Assembly: GCA_963712275.1 (NCBI GenBank)
Contig: CAVQHD010000001.1
Coordinates: 1,600,001-1,664,000 of the forward strand
Origin: an uncultured Rhabdochlamydiaceae bacterium
GTDB taxonomy: Bacteria; Chlamydiota; Chlamydiia; Chlamydiales; Rhabdochlamydiaceae
Length of the DNA stretch: 64,000 nucleotides
Reading direction: 5' to 3'
Positions 1-10,931 of this stretch are shown here, one piece after another. Positions within the stretch are counted from its first letter, which is position 1; each line of letters opens with the position of its first letter. Below the pieces are notes generated by a model. It was not told where the DNA came from and did not search any database. It saw only the letters and a list, made by a program, of their open reading frames with translations. The translations under genes and the position numbers were made by a program.

Positions 1-225
1 TTAGACCCAACCTCTGGTGACTACACCCCAAAGTCCCAAACACTGACGACTGAATATAGTAATGCAAACGCACAAAACCAATCTCTTGTTAAGATCATGG
101 ATGGGAATAACTCCACAGCGCAGAACACCTTAAGCCAAAACGCTCAAGGGCTGCAAGGACTCATGCAAACGATGAGCTCTATTAATAGCATTGGAAGCAA
201 CTTAGCAAGACTCATTCAAGGTTAA
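1..225 (+). CDS. 3' end of an ORF upstream of the translocator genes (partial; probable T3SS-associated protein)
   Basis: Frame 1 is open from base 1 to TAA at 223-225 (...SIGSNLARLIQG*). It is Ser/Asn/Gln-rich and co-oriented with the next two genes. Confidence 0.6.
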   Translation, partial: LDPTSGDYTPKSQTLTTEYSNANAQNQSLVKIMDGNNSTAQNTLSQNAQGLQGLMQTMSSINSIGSNLARLIQG

Positions 226-247
226 ACCAAAGGAAAGGTGATTTATT

Positions 248-1456
248 ATGGCATCCGTTTTAAAAACAGATTGTCTGCCTGCGGTCAGCTTAATGGTTGT
301 CCAATCCTCTAAAACAGGAGGGCAAGCAGAGCTCACTAACAACTCTTCCTTCGATGGAATCTCGCGCGATGAGCTCATGCGGATGATTTTCATGCTGATG
401 TCTCTTGTGGGGCAAAATATGAGCGTGATCCAGAAGAGCTATGCTCAAAGCCAGCTCGATCAAGAACAAGTGGCTCAAAATGAAGCGACTGCCACAACAG
501 TCCAAACAAAGCAGTATCTCGACAACTTGGCTGCCTACAATGCGCAGCAAGACGAAGCTCAAAAATGGGGTGTTTTTGGCCAGGTCATGAAAATTGTAGG
601 AGCTGTCGTTGGCATCATCGCAGGCGTCCTACTCTCTGAAGTGGGCGTTGGCACTATCATTCTTGCTGCAGTCATTGCTTTCACAGCAACCCCTCTTTTT
701 GACAAAGCGGTTAGCGCCTTAGGAAATGCAATTGGACAAGCGATTGGAAATTCAACCTGGGGTAATATTATTGCTCAAGCTCTTATCGTTGTCGTCTTAA
801 CTGTTGCGACTTGTGGTGCAGAAGGCCTCTCAGCAGGCCTTGCAGGTGCTGCAAAAACAGCCGGAGACGATGCTGTGCAGGAAGCCGTCAGTTTTGCTCC
901 TCGCTTCAATTATGCATCAGTCGGAGTCCTCACACAAACCCTTTTATCGACCAACCTTGTTGGAGAACTTGTCACCCAAATGGTTGAAGCCATCCCCGGA
1001 AACGAAGATGCCAAAAAAATAGCGGAGACGATTTTAACAGTAGTTGTAGATATTGCCCTTATGATTGCTTCCTGTAAAATCGCTTCGAATGCTGCCTCTA
1101 GCACAGGGAATCTTGTTTCAAAATTAGGTCAATACTCCGACAATCCCGCTCTGTTTGGGCTCTATGCAAGAAGAGCTCTGACAGCCTTGCTTGGAACCAC
1201 TCAAACCGCGACAGCATTTGCTCAGGGAAGCCAAGGGTATTTTCAACTCCAAGAAGGGACAATCAAGGAAGGGCTAGCGCCAGTTCAAGCTCGTATGACG
1301 TTTGGGCAATCATTTTTTCAAACCCTGACCCAGCTAGCAAGTCTAGCTCAACAATTGTATAAATCGGTGATGGAATCGGACCGGATTCTGTTCTCGACAA
1401 ATTTTTCTTCTGATTGGAGCGCCTGTGTTGCAGCTCAAAATCAATATCAAGGTTAA
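248..1456 (+). CDS. T3SS major translocator-like protein (SctE/CopB/YopB type)
   Basis: Coiled-coil N-terminus followed by long hydrophobic segments (WGVFGQVMKIVGAVVGIIAGVLL..., IIAQALIVVVLTVATCG). Ala/Gln-rich and paired with a smaller hydrophobic gene. Confidence 0.7.
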   Translation: MASVLKTDCLPAVSLMVVQSSKTGGQAELTNNSSFDGISRDELMRMIFMLMSLVGQNMSVIQKSYAQSQLDQEQVAQNEATATTVQTKQYLDNLAAYNAQQDEAQKWGVFGQVMKIVGAVVGIIAGVLLSEVGVGTIILAAVIAFTATPLFDKAVSALGNAIGQAIGNSTWGNIIAQALIVVVLTVATCGAEGLSAGLAGAAKTAGDDAVQEAVSFAPRFNYASVGVLTQTLLSTNLVGELVTQMVEAIPGNEDAKKIAETILTVVVDIALMIASCKIASNAASSTGNLVSKLGQYSDNPALFGLYARRALTALLGTTQTATAFAQGSQGYFQLQEGTIKEGLAPVQARMTFGQSFFQTLTQLASLAQQLYKSVMESDRILFSTNFSSDWSACVAAQNQYQG

Positions 1457-1482
1457 TAAATTAATAAAAAATAGGAGTATTT

Positions 1483-2289
1483 ATGACAATCAAGTATGAA
1501 CCCAGCGCAGCTGGCCTCTCATGGCTCGCCTTAAGCCAGGCACTCAATAGCCGCGCTCAGATGGAGCAAAACGTTTTCTCCCTCTATGCAAGCAACACTG
1601 ATATGATGCTAACCGAAACAAAGTGTCAAGCAGATAATGCTCAGATCGAATTAACAAATCAAGCCAAATCACAATCGTTGGGCGGATGGCTAGCGATGGG
1701 TGGATCTACCGCAGGACTTGCAATGACAGGTCTTTCATGCGGAATGGAAGTCTTCAATCAGAATAAAGCAGTCGCTGCTGGGAATATCACTTCCAGCAAA
1801 ATGGACCTCACGGAAACCGATGAAGTAGCACAGCCAGCAAATCCTAATGGTAATGACGGTGCTGCTGTCAACGCACAAAATGGTCCACTGCAAGTTGATG
1901 ATGGCGCTGAGGTGCAAGGACAGGCAAATTCGGCTGAATTAGAGGAAGAGGAAGAGACAGAAAACAGCAAGAAGAAGAAAGCCGATAAGCAAACCCCTGA
2001 ACAAAAACAGGTTCTTAGAAATGCTGATTGGTGGTCACAAAATAGCAACACCTTTTCATCGATTGCTAATCAATTTCTTGGCCAAGGTGTCGCAGGGGTA
2101 GCGCAAGCCCCATATACGACAAACCAAGCCGATGCCAAGCGGGTTGAGACGACAGCCCAAGGACTTAGCGCTGTGTTCAATTCGCAAGGCGGCCTGATGA
2201 CAACCGTTCTGCAAAGCTGCGATAGTTATATGCAGGGGACGAACGGCACGATCTCGACCATTACCCAAGTGTCAGCAATCCGCGCTTAA
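1483..2289 (+). CDS. T3SS minor translocator-like protein (SctB/CopD type)
   Basis: Single hydrophobic segment (GWLAMGGSTAGLAMTGL) and amphipathic C-terminus. Preceded by an AGGAG RBS and directly follows the SctE-like gene. Confidence 0.6.
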   Translation: MTIKYEPSAAGLSWLALSQALNSRAQMEQNVFSLYASNTDMMLTETKCQADNAQIELTNQAKSQSLGGWLAMGGSTAGLAMTGLSCGMEVFNQNKAVAAGNITSSKMDLTETDEVAQPANPNGNDGAAVNAQNGPLQVDDGAEVQGQANSAELEEEEETENSKKKKADKQTPEQKQVLRNADWWSQNSNTFSSIANQFLGQGVAGVAQAPYTTNQADAKRVETTAQGLSAVFNSQGGLMTTVLQSCDSYMQGTNGTISTITQVSAIRA

Positions 2290-2317
2290 GTCGTCACTTA
2301 CGATCTGTGTTTCCACG

Positions 2318-2350
2318 AAGGGAGAGCCTGTAAGGGCCCTCCCTTTTTTT
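2318..2350 (+). terminator. Rho-independent terminator of the translocator operon
   Basis: AAGGGAG-AGCC-tgtaag-GGCC-CTCCCTT stem running into a T tract. Confidence 0.8.
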
Positions 2351-2545
2351 ATGCGGGAAGCACAGGTAAAGGTTGCCCCCAAGGTGGCCATTTTTAAAAA
2401 ATGAAATTTTTCAGATTTTTTCGCGCAAAATTTATCATAAAAATTTTCTTTTTCATAGAGAGAGAAATAATTTATTTACAGGAACTGCAGTTTTTGCCTT
2501 ACAACTAGTTTATTTTTATTGCAATTATAGTATAATTAACAAACA

Positions 2546-4861
2546 ATGACGACAATAAAATTAAATTTAAATAGAAGATCTGACTTTATTATTCAAAAGG
2601 TCGGAACTTTTGATGCTAGCCGATTGTTATCTATAGCCCTTCCTTTTGCAAGCTTAAATGCAACAACATCCAAGGTAGCATCCATCGGAGCCTTAGGCTA
2701 TCAATGCTATACTATTTTCCAACAAAAAGACGACTCTTCATCTCCTGATAAAACCATTGGGAAATGGCCTCAGCTCGCCCTCCTTGCCTCTTCAGTCGCC
2801 TTTGGTATTTTTTGCCCTACAGGACAATTGGTCTTTTCGAGCGGAGCCTTTTTCCTAACCCATACAATCCAGCTCAAATCGCAACTGCAGCAAAGAGAGT
2901 GGAAACAAAGCGGGAAAACCGTTTTACAGATAGCCCATCAAGCCATTCACCTAGCCTCCGTCTATTATGGAACCCCTGCTTATCTAGCCTTATCACTCAT
3001 CTCTCAAGCCTGTGTCGAAATGAGCCAAGCCTTTCAATTTTCCCAAGAAAAAGGGAAAACTCTTGAAATGTTTGCATCGCTTTCTTTGAGCCTCCTTCGA
3101 CTGCACAAAGCCTCCTCGTATTTGCCTCAACTCATCCCCATGAAAACAGGAGGCAAAATCAAGGCGATTTCTTCATTAGAAAATCTAGAAAAGATAGGCT
3201 CTGGAATCGAAAGAGTAGACTGCAGCGGGGTTGATGATTCTCTTAAAGAAAACCCTCCAGAATCATTAAAAAAACTGACTGACAAAGACTGGAACAACTT
3301 GATTTATCAAACTCTTCCAGGAGAGTTAAAGGACCTTCGTTCTTTTCTTCTTAAAAAGGGATTTTCAACAGAGATTGAGAATGTCATTTTTTTTGGACTT
3401 CCCCAAGGCGTTTTATTGCAGCAGCTTAAATTCAAGCAGTGCTCTTTTAGCGGTGTCGATTTTAGCCATGCGCTATTGGATCAAGTGATCGCTGAGGATT
3501 GCTTTTTTGCACATACAAATTGGAGTAGAGCATTTATCAAAAATTGCACTTTCCATCACTGCTCTTTTCAATATGCCAATTTTTTTAAGCTCTCACTTGA
3601 ATCCACCATTTTTACCAACAACTGTGATTTTATACGGACCCTTTTTAATGAAGCGAGGCTTAAACGTGTAACGATTCAAGATGGAATCCTTATGGAAAGC
3701 AATTTTTTGCTTGCGACGGTTGAAAATAGCAAGTTAATTGATTGTAACCTCACAGATGTTCTCCTCCTCGATGCAAAAAATAATTTTACAATTAGAGGGG
3801 GAACTCCTCATCAAATAACAAGACCTGTGATCGCTCTAGGGTGGGATTTTGATGAACCAGGTCACTACACATGTCTGATCCGGAAAGCCCTACAACATAA
3901 TGGAGCCCTTGTATTGCAATATAACCAAACAAGTGTTTCACTCCTCTCTGAAGTAACGCTGGAGCGCGAAATAACAATAGGCTTGCAAAAGGCAAAATCG
4001 CCTGAGAAAAGCATCAGTGTTCAGCTCTTGCAAAATGCCGGTTCATCCTCTGAAATTGCCGAAATTAAACGCATTGCATTTTCAATTCTCAAACATGCCG
4101 ATGGACTTGTCCTTCCAGGAGGGGATAATATTGAAAAGTGTTTTTACAACCCTTCTAAGCCTCCAAAATATTCTCATCGGACTTTGCTCGAAATTGCTCT
4201 TCTTTATGAAGCTCAAAAAAAACATCTTCCAACCTTGGGAGTATGCCGAGGTGCCCAGCTCATCAATGTCTTTTGTGGAGGAACACTTGTAGATTGCGAG
4301 AAGACTCAACATGGAACTGATCTACTAGAATGGACCTCTTCTCCTCATGGAAAAGAGCTGCAAAGCATAGTTGGGAACCTCTTTAGAGGAAAATCTGCTC
4401 ATGAACAAGCCTCTGACAAGATTGGTCAAGGGCTTCATGTTATTCTCAAACTCGATAACATTCCTAAATTTCTGGTCAGCGAAGATGGGAACTTGATGGC
4501 AAGCCAAGTCCATCCTGAGGATTATTACAGTAAATCAGAGCGACTCCGGGAAAAGATGAAAATCTCTGATGAAGAAGCCTTTAATCAATTCCTTGCAACC
4601 GACCTCTCCAAAGAGGTTTCAACCTTAGAAGCCCTTCTTTTGAAACTCGATGACACAATTGCTCAGGACTGTGGAGGTGTCATTTTTGATCTTTGGGTCA
4701 AAGGGAGAAAAAAAGCTCTTAAGCATGTGTCAAAGTCGGAAAACACGCGGCAGTTCATTGTCTCTAACAGAAAGGTGTACCAATTCTTCCTTGATAAGGT
4801 TGAAAAGAGAAGAAAAAACAGCTCTATTGAGAACGTCCCTACCACCCTTGCAGCCGGTTAA
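2546..4861 (+). CDS. Multidomain protein: N-terminal hydrophobic helical domain + pentapeptide repeats + peptidase C26/class I glutamine amidotransferase-like domain
   Basis: Pentapeptide repeats (CSFSGVDFSHALL...), then DGLVLPGG, LGVCRGAQ (catalytic Cys) and QVHPE (His-x-Glu). Confidence 0.8.
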   Translation: MTTIKLNLNRRSDFIIQKVGTFDASRLLSIALPFASLNATTSKVASIGALGYQCYTIFQQKDDSSSPDKTIGKWPQLALLASSVAFGIFCPTGQLVFSSGAFFLTHTIQLKSQLQQREWKQSGKTVLQIAHQAIHLASVYYGTPAYLALSLISQACVEMSQAFQFSQEKGKTLEMFASLSLSLLRLHKASSYLPQLIPMKTGGKIKAISSLENLEKIGSGIERVDCSGVDDSLKENPPESLKKLTDKDWNNLIYQTLPGELKDLRSFLLKKGFSTEIENVIFFGLPQGVLLQQLKFKQCSFSGVDFSHALLDQVIAEDCFFAHTNWSRAFIKNCTFHHCSFQYANFFKLSLESTIFTNNCDFIRTLFNEARLKRVTIQDGILMESNFLLATVENSKLIDCNLTDVLLLDAKNNFTIRGGTPHQITRPVIALGWDFDEPGHYTCLIRKALQHNGALVLQYNQTSVSLLSEVTLEREITIGLQKAKSPEKSISVQLLQNAGSSSEIAEIKRIAFSILKHADGLVLPGGDNIEKCFYNPSKPPKYSHRTLLEIALLYEAQKKHLPTLGVCRGAQLINVFCGGTLVDCEKTQHGTDLLEWTSSPHGKELQSIVGNLFRGKSAHEQASDKIGQGLHVILKLDNIPKFLVSEDGNLMASQVHPEDYYSKSERLREKMKISDEEAFNQFLATDLSKEVSTLEALLLKLDDTIAQDCGGVIFDLWVKGRKKALKHVSKSENTRQFIVSNRKVYQFFLDKVEKRRKNSSIENVPTTLAAG

Positions 4862-4887
4862 GAAGCTGTCTTAAAACTCAGTTTCTG
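4859..4887. repeat. Solo terminal fragment of palindromic element family C
   Basis: TAA+GAAGCTGTCTTAAAACTCAGTTTCTG is identical to the left end of the element at 19322. The TAA is the stop codon of 2546..4861. Confidence 0.85.
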
Positions 4888-4935
4888 GTGCTTGAGGATA
4901 AAAAATTGTCAAACAACTCCTTCATTTTCTAGGGC

Positions 4936-4964
4936 TTGAAATAAGTTTTCGTTTTTTGTAGACT
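4936..4964 (+). promoter_or_regulatory. sigma70/sigma66-type promoter of nrdAB
   Basis: TTGAAA-17 nt-TAGACT directly upstream of the NrdR boxes. Confidence 0.65.
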
Positions 4965-4976
4965 TTAGCCCGTTTC

Positions 4977-5024
4977 CTACTATATATGGTGTGTTTATAG
5001 GAGGGTCGCTACTATCCCTAGTAG
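4977..5024 (+). promoter_or_regulatory. Tandem NrdR boxes
   Basis: ctaCtAtATaTgGtgt (4977-4992) and ctaCtAtcccTaGtag (5009-5024) start 32 bp apart and resemble the consensus acaCwAtATaTwGtg, upstream of nrdA. Confidence 0.8.
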
Positions 5025-5144
5025 GAACCTATGAAACTTTTTACTAGGATAGGTTCAGGTTCTCTCCTCAATAGTCCTTGTGAAATATGATAAAAAAAGA
5101 GATCATGTGCGACCTCAAACACACGATCTCCGATAAAAAGCGAG

Positions 5145-8100
5145 TTGTTTATGACAAAGAAATCATCCACCTCTCAAGCACAAGAGTTAATCGCCGCAAT
5201 CAAAGATAAAGGCGAGCGGCCTCAGATGAGCCATTTTACGGTTGTCAAACGGAATGGGGCGATTGTCCCCTTTCACCGCGACCGCATTGAACGAGCCATT
5301 GAACTTGCCTTCCATGATACGAAGAAAGTCCCTTTTGAGCTGTCCCTTTCCGATGAGTGGAAGCAGGTGGTCCAGCTTGTGACAGATCGGGTCATTGAAC
5401 AACTTTATACCCTTGCTTCTAAAGGGGCGAGCCTAACCGTTGAAGGAATCCAAGATATCGTCGAAGTGACTCTCATGAAACTGGGGCATCATGATGTCGC
5501 CCGCGATTATATCATTTATCGGGATCAACATAAGTTGCTGCGTGAAGATTCCCCTCAAAATCTGAAGGTCTACCGCAAGGATGGGACCGCTGTGCGATTC
5601 AATCCAATGAAGATCGCCTCCTCCATTGAAGAGGCTTTTCGCCGCTCTGAAAGAATTATAGATCAATCCCCTCCTGAAATGATTGGTGCAGTGAACCGTC
5701 TCACCGACCTGATTGTTAAAAAAGCGCTCGAGCTTCACAAAACGGGCGAACCGCTGCATGTGGCAACCGTTCAGGACGCCGTAGAGCAACTCCTCATGGA
5801 AAAAGGGCATTTCCAAGCGGCAAAACAGTACATTCTTTACCGCGCGTCGCTTGAAGAGGAATCTCTTTCTACCGCCGAAGAAAAACCGGAAGGGAAGCGG
5901 CAATTTACCATCACGATGGCCGATGGGAAAACTCGCATTTTAAAAGAATCACACCTTAAAAGCCGCCTGAAACTCGCCTGCCAAGGTCTAGACAATGTCG
6001 ATCTTAATGACCTCATGGAAGTCGCCATTCTTAATTTTTATGAAGGGATTAAAGAGCCTGAAGTTGAACAAGCAACAATCATGGCAGCCCGCAGCAAAAT
6101 TGAGATCGAGCCTGCCTATGCCATTGTTGCAGCACGTCTTCTCTGCGATGTCCTCTATCGCGAAACGATGGACATGAGCGCAGGAGAGGCAGGTTTTGCA
6201 GCAGCCCACGCAGCTTACTTTAAAAAATACATCAAGTTTGGCATCTCCGTTGAGAGGCTCTCACCTGCCCTTTTAGAGTTTGATCTTGACATGCTCGCAG
6301 CGGCAATTGACTTAAAGCGAGATCACCTTTTCTCCTACCTTGGACTTCAAACCCTCTACGACCGCTATTTTATTCACCACTTAGAAAGACGGCTTGAAAC
6401 TCCCCAAATTTTCTGGATGCGAGTCTCCATGGGCCTTGCACTAGCCGAAGGAGCGCAAAAGAACAAACGAGCAATTGAATTTTACAACCTTCTTTCTCAA
6501 TTTAACTATACATCGGCTACGCCAACTCTGTTCAACTCTGGCACCAATCACTCTCAGCTTAGCTCCTGCTATCTCTCAACCGTAATGGATGACCTTGCCC
6601 ATATCTTTAAAGTCATCTCCGATGATGCCCAGCTCTCCAAATGGGCAGGGGGAATCGGAAACGATTGGTCTAATGTTCGCGGAACAGGATCTCTCATCAA
6701 GGGAACCAATGGGAAAAGCCAAGGCATTATCCCCTTCTTAAAAGTTGCCAACGACACCGCTGTAGCAGTCAACCAAGGGGGGAAACGACGGGGAGCGATG
6801 TGCGCCTACCTTGAAACATGGCACCTTGACATCGAAGACTTTTTGGAGCTTCGAAAAAATACAGGTGATGAACGGCGCCGAACCCATGACATGAATACCG
6901 CTAACTGGATCCCCGACCTCTTTATGAAAAGGGTGCAAGAAAACGGAAAGTGGACCCTCTTTAGCCCAAGCACCGTCCCCGACCTTCACCACCTGTATGG
7001 GCAAAAGTTTGAAAAACGATATGCTGAATACGAGAAAATGGCTGCGGATGGAAAAATAAAGCCGTTTAAGCAAGTCGAAGCAGTCGATCTTTGGCGTAAA
7101 ATGCTGAGCATGCTCTTTGAGACAGGCCACCCCTGGATCACGTTTAAAGACCCCTCCAACATCCGCTCCCCGCAAGACCATGTCGGCGTTGTCCACAGCT
7201 CAAATCTGTGCACCGAAATCCTCCTCAACACCTCTGAAGAGGAGACCGCTGTCTGCAATTTAGGATCGATCAACCTTGCGGCGCATTGCACCCCAGAAGG
7301 ACTCGATGAAAAGAAGCTTAAAGCAACCATTCGAACCGCCATCCGCATGCTCGATAATGTCATCGATATCAATTTCTATCCCACCGTTGAGGCTAGGTCA
7401 TCCAACCTTAAACATCGACCCATCGGCCTTGGACTCATGGGATTTCAAGATGCTCTTTACATCCAGAATATCAGCTATGCAAGCCATGAAGCGATCGAAT
7501 TTGCCGACAAAGCGATGGAAATGATCTCTTATTATGCCATTTTAGCCTCGAGCGAGCTCGCCAAAGAACGGGGAGCTTACGAAAGTTACAAGGGGTCCAA
7601 ATGGGATCGAGGGCTCCTTCCCATCGACACCTTGGACCTCCTTCAGAGTGAACGAGGAGGATATCTCGATATCGACCGCACTGTCCGCATGAACTGGGCC
7701 CCTGTGCGCGAGTCCATCAAAAAATATGGAATGCGCAATAGCAATACAATGGCCATTGCACCAACAGCAACGATTTCTAATATCACTGGAATCACTCAAT
7801 CGATTGAGCCGACTTACAAAAACCTCTTTGTTAAATCCAATCTCTCAGGAGAGTTTACAATTCCCAATGTTTCTCTTGTCGATCGACTCAAATCTCTAGG
7901 TCTTTGGGATCAAGAGATGCTCGACGACCTCAAGTATTTTGATGGCTCCATCTCTGAAATCGATCGCATCCCCGAGGACATTAAACGGGTCTACCTGACA
8001 GCTTTTGAAATCGATCCAGAGTGGATCATCGAATGTGCAAGCCGGCGTCAAAAATGGATCGATATGGGTCAATCACTCAACCTTTACATCGAAGAGCCCA

Positions 8101-8342
8101 GCGGCAAAAAGCTGCACCAAATGTATATGCTGGGATGGATTCGGGGCCTTAAAACCCACTACTACCTCCGGTGCATGGCCGCCACTCAAATCGAGAAATC
8201 AACGACCGATATTAATAAACGAGGACTACAGCCCCGCTGGATGAAAAATAAATCGGCCTCTAGCAATATTAAAGTCGAGCGAGAGGAAAGTGCTCCTAAA
8301 GCCTGTAAATTAGGCGATGAAACGTGTGAAAGCTGCCAATAA
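5145..8342 (+). CDS. nrdA: Ribonucleotide reductase class I alpha subunit with multiple N-terminal ATP-cone domains
   Basis: VVKRNG and VYRKDG ATP-cone starts, plus [29 protein letters not shown] and C-terminal CESCQ. ATG at 5151 is the likely start. Confidence 0.98.
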   Translation: MFMTKKSSTSQAQELIAAIKDKGERPQMSHFTVVKRNGAIVPFHRDRIERAIELAFHDTKKVPFELSLSDEWKQVVQLVTDRVIEQLYTLASKGASLTVEGIQDIVEVTLMKLGHHDVARDYIIYRDQHKLLREDSPQNLKVYRKDGTAVRFNPMKIASSIEEAFRRSERIIDQSPPEMIGAVNRLTDLIVKKALELHKTGEPLHVATVQDAVEQLLMEKGHFQAAKQYILYRASLEEESLSTAEEKPEGKRQFTITMADGKTRILKESHLKSRLKLACQGLDNVDLNDLMEVAILNFYEGIKEPEVEQATIMAARSKIEIEPAYAIVAARLLCDVLYRETMDMSAGEAGFAAAHAAYFKKYIKFGISVERLSPALLEFDLDMLAAAIDLKRDHLFSYLGLQTLYDRYFIHHLERRLETPQIFWMRVSMGLALAEGAQKNKRAIEFYNLLSQFNYTSATPTLFNSGTNHSQLSSCYLSTVMDDLAHIFKVISDDAQLSKWAGGIGNDWSNVRGTGSLIKGTNGKSQGIIPFLKVANDTAVAVNQGGKRRGAMCAYLETWHLDIEDFLELRKNTGDERRRTHDMNTANWIPDLFMKRVQENGKWTLFSPSTVPDLHHLYGQKFEKRYAEYEKMAADGKIKPFKQVEAVDLWRKMLSMLFETGHPWITFKDPSNIRSPQDHVGVVHSSNLCTEILLNTSEEETAVCNLGSINLAAHCTPEGLDEKKLKATIRTAIRMLDNVIDINFYPTVEARSSNLKHRPIGLGLMGFQDALYIQNISYASHEAIEFADKAMEMISYYAILASSELAKERGAYESYKGSKWDRGLLPIDTLDLLQSERGGYLDIDRTVRMNWAPVRESIKKYGMRNSNTMAIAPTATISNITGITQSIEPTYKNLFVKSNLSGEFTIPNVSLVDRLKSLGLWDQEMLDDLKYFDGSISEIDRIPEDIKRVYLTAFEIDPEWIIECASRRQKWIDMGQSLNLYIEEPSGKKLHQMYMLGWIRGLKTHYYLRCMAATQIEKSTTDINKRGLQPRWMKNKSASSNIKVEREESAPKACKLGDETCESCQ

Positions 8343-8350
8343 ATATAACT

Positions 8351-8549
8351 AGAGAAAAAAAGATCGGGCAAGGGAACGGGCACGGTAACGTTCACGAAAG
8401 AAAAAACCAAAGACTGTGTCTGGTACAAGAAATGCAATATAGCAAGAGTCTAAATTACAGATACACCCTGCCTCAATGTTAGCGAAAATGGCTAGAGGAC
8501 TTCTTTCGTGAACGTTACCGTGCCCGTTCCCTTGCCCGATCTTTTCTCT
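8351..8549. repeat. Palindromic element family A, copy 1 (~50-bp inverted arms, ~98-nt spacer) between nrdA and nrdB
   Basis: AGATCGGGCAAGGGAACGGGCACGGTAACGTTCACGAAAGAA (8361-8402) is the reverse complement of 8501-8542. A second copy lies at 56478-56594. Confidence 0.9.
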
Positions 8550-8587
8550 GCATAGGTGAATAGTTACCAGTAAATAAGGATAAAACC

Positions 8588-9625
8588 ATGAAAAATTTAA
8601 AAAATACCAGTCAACGCGTCAGCGCCGATCTAAAACGGCTGATTAACTGCAAAACAGTCGACGTGAATCAACTCATGCCTCTCAAATATAAGTGGGCGTG
8701 GGAGCATTATCTTAACGGTTGCGCAAACCATTGGATGCCAACAGAAGTCCCCATGGGAAAAGATATTGAACTCTGGAAATCAAAGCAACTCAGCAATGAT
8801 GAAAGACTCGTGATCCTGCGGAACTTAGGGTTCTTTAGCACAGCAGAAAGTTTAGTCGGCAACAACATTGTACTTGCCATCTTCAAGCACATCACCAACC
8901 CCGAAGTTCGGCAGTATCTTCTACGGCAATCCTTTGAAGAGGCGATCCACACTCATACCTTCCATTACATCGTCGAATCGCTCTCCTTAGATCAGGGAGA
9001 AATCTTCAATATGTATAACGAAATCAATACCATCCATGCGAAGGATGACTTTGAAATGAAGCTCACCGAAGACATCTTAAAGCCCGACTTCACCACAACG
9101 ACCCCTGAAGGAGCCCGTAAATTTTTGGAAAACCTGATTGGATATTACATCATCATGGAAGGGATTTTCTTCTACAGCGGCTTCGTGATGATCCTCTCTT
9201 TCCACCGGCAAAACAAAATGACAGGAATCGGCGAGCAGTTTCAATATATCTTGCGCGATGAAACCGTTCACCTTAACTTCGGCATCGATCTCATTAATAG
9301 CATCAAAGAGGAAAACCTAGAGCTCTGGACCCCCGAGTTCCAAGCCCATATCGTCTCCCTCATCCGTGAAGCTGTCGAACTTGAGTACCTCTATGCCGAA
9401 GACTGCCTTCCTCGAGGCATTCTCGGCCTGACTGCCCCGATGTTTCGAGAATATGTACAATATATCGCAGACCGCAGACTCGAGAGAATCGGCCTCAAAC
9501 CGATCTACAAATCCAAAAATCCGTTCCCTTGGATGAGTGAAACCATCGACCTTCAAAAAGAGAAAAACTTCTTTGAGACCCGCGTGACCGAGTATCAGTC
9601 TTCCGGCAGCCTCTCCTGGAATTAA
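8588..9625 (+). CDS. nrdB: Ribonucleotide reductase beta subunit, class Ic (Mn/Fe R2c)
   Basis: [18 protein letters not shown] (Phe at the radical-Tyr position), RDETVH and C-terminal [10 protein letters not shown]. Confidence 0.97.
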   Translation: MKNLKNTSQRVSADLKRLINCKTVDVNQLMPLKYKWAWEHYLNGCANHWMPTEVPMGKDIELWKSKQLSNDERLVILRNLGFFSTAESLVGNNIVLAIFKHITNPEVRQYLLRQSFEEAIHTHTFHYIVESLSLDQGEIFNMYNEINTIHAKDDFEMKLTEDILKPDFTTTTPEGARKFLENLIGYYIIMEGIFFYSGFVMILSFHRQNKMTGIGEQFQYILRDETVHLNFGIDLINSIKEENLELWTPEFQAHIVSLIREAVELEYLYAEDCLPRGILGLTAPMFREYVQYIADRRLERIGLKPIYKSKNPFPWMSETIDLQKEKNFFETRVTEYQSSGSLSWN

Positions 9626-9629
9626 GAGA

Positions 9630-10847
9630 CTAAGAAGGATTAAAAGCAACGTCTAGCTGGTAAAGCTGGCTAGGCTCTGTGATACCATGAAGGTTGCAGT
9701 AGCCTGCCAGAGTCATGGTAGGCTCTGAGAGCTTAATCGATTGCCAAGCCCCATGACCTCCCTGTTGCCCGAGATAAGCTTTCAGCTCTTCTATTTGCCA
9801 TTTCTTATTAAAATCCTTAAAAAACACAATAAAACCACTGAGGGAATCTAGTGAAAACTCTCCTCTTAAGGCCTCCTCAAGTTTGTTTTCTTCTCTAAGA
9901 AAATCGTCATAAAGGACTTGAAATTGCACATTAAAAAAATCTTTCTTTGTTTCTTGGGTTAGTTGATTAAAAAACCCATTCAGAAAATTAGCACAAGCCT
10001 TTCTAAGCGAAGACTTTTGAGAGCCGCTAGGGCTGTGATGATTCAAAATAATGGCAAATTGCTCAAGCGTCAGCACAACTTTATTCCATCGTTGAAGCTG
10101 CAAACAATCCATATCCGCCATTGTTTCAAGCCCTCTTTCTTTAAAGGTTTCTCGGCGACAGCCGAGAAGGCTGTAATTTTCAATAACAAGAAATGTCAGA
10201 TATTCTTTCAAAGATCTAAAGGTTGGAACTGCAAGTTTCGAAAACCCTTCCTGAACATGTAGCAGACACTCTTCTTTTTGCTTTTTTTCAATTTTTGATA
10301 TGCTTTCTAATTCTATTCGATATTCTTCAAAAGAAGACTTTATATCAGTTCCTTCTTTGTTTAATTTTTCTTTAATATTTTCTAATTTTTTTCGAGATTC
10401 CTCTAAAACTTTTTTATTCACCCAAACATCAATTAAAGAATTAATAGAACCTTTAATCCCCCTTACCCTCATGGCCCATGCAGCATGGGTCTCCTCTTCT
10501 GTCCAAGTTTTCTGTTGTTCTTGCAAATGAGCGATCTCTTCGGCTAATTCGGAGTCTTCGAGCTCAATTTGGTGCTCCGCTAAAAAACTCTCAACATTAG
10601 GAGGAGTCAATATTTCCATAGGAGGAGGGACCGCTTCCCCAGGAACGACCGGCTTCTGGCTTTGAAAAAAAGCTGAAACAACAAGGTCGACAAGGACAAT
10701 CAGATAATTCAAAATGGGAATTCGTTCTAAGCATCCTACCACATAATGGACAGCCCACCTCCCCTCCCACATCGTCAACTGCGCAGCCGCCTTAAAATGG
10801 TCATTTGCCCTTTGATAAGGGTATAATGCAATTTTTAGAAAATCCAT
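9630..10847 (-). CDS. Hypothetical coiled-coil protein with N-terminal hydrophobic segment (possible effector)
   Basis: 405-aa AT-rich ORF with a hydrophobic stretch (IPILNYLIVLVDLVVSAFF) followed by an E/K-rich coiled coil. Confidence 0.6.
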   Translation of the reverse strand: MDFLKIALYPYQRANDHFKAAAQLTMWEGRWAVHYVVGCLERIPILNYLIVLVDLVVSAFFQSQKPVVPGEAVPPPMEILTPPNVESFLAEHQIELEDSELAEEIAHLQEQQKTWTEEETHAAWAMRVRGIKGSINSLIDVWVNKKVLEESRKKLENIKEKLNKEGTDIKSSFEEYRIELESISKIEKKQKEECLLHVQEGFSKLAVPTFRSLKEYLTFLVIENYSLLGCRRETFKERGLETMADMDCLQLQRWNKVVLTLEQFAIILNHHSPSGSQKSSLRKACANFLNGFFNQLTQETKKDFFNVQFQVLYDDFLREENKLEEALRGEFSLDSLSGFIVFFKDFNKKWQIEELKAYLGQQGGHGAWQSIKLSEPTMTLAGYCNLHGITEPSQLYQLDVAFNPS

Positions 10848-10931
10848 CCTATTTATTTTACCCGATCTTGGTCTATTTCACCAGGAAAGAAATTTCTTGA
10901 AAATTAGAGTCTTTCGCGCAACTGGCTGCTC

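Noticed and set aside
8343..8587. Self-splicing intron or riboswitch between nrdA and nrdB
   Set aside because: The structure is a simple inverted repeat that recurs at 56478, and I recognised no intron or aptamer motifs.
8588..9625. NrdB lacking the radical tyrosine as a defect or novelty
   Set aside because: This is the known chlamydial class Ic Mn/Fe enzyme.
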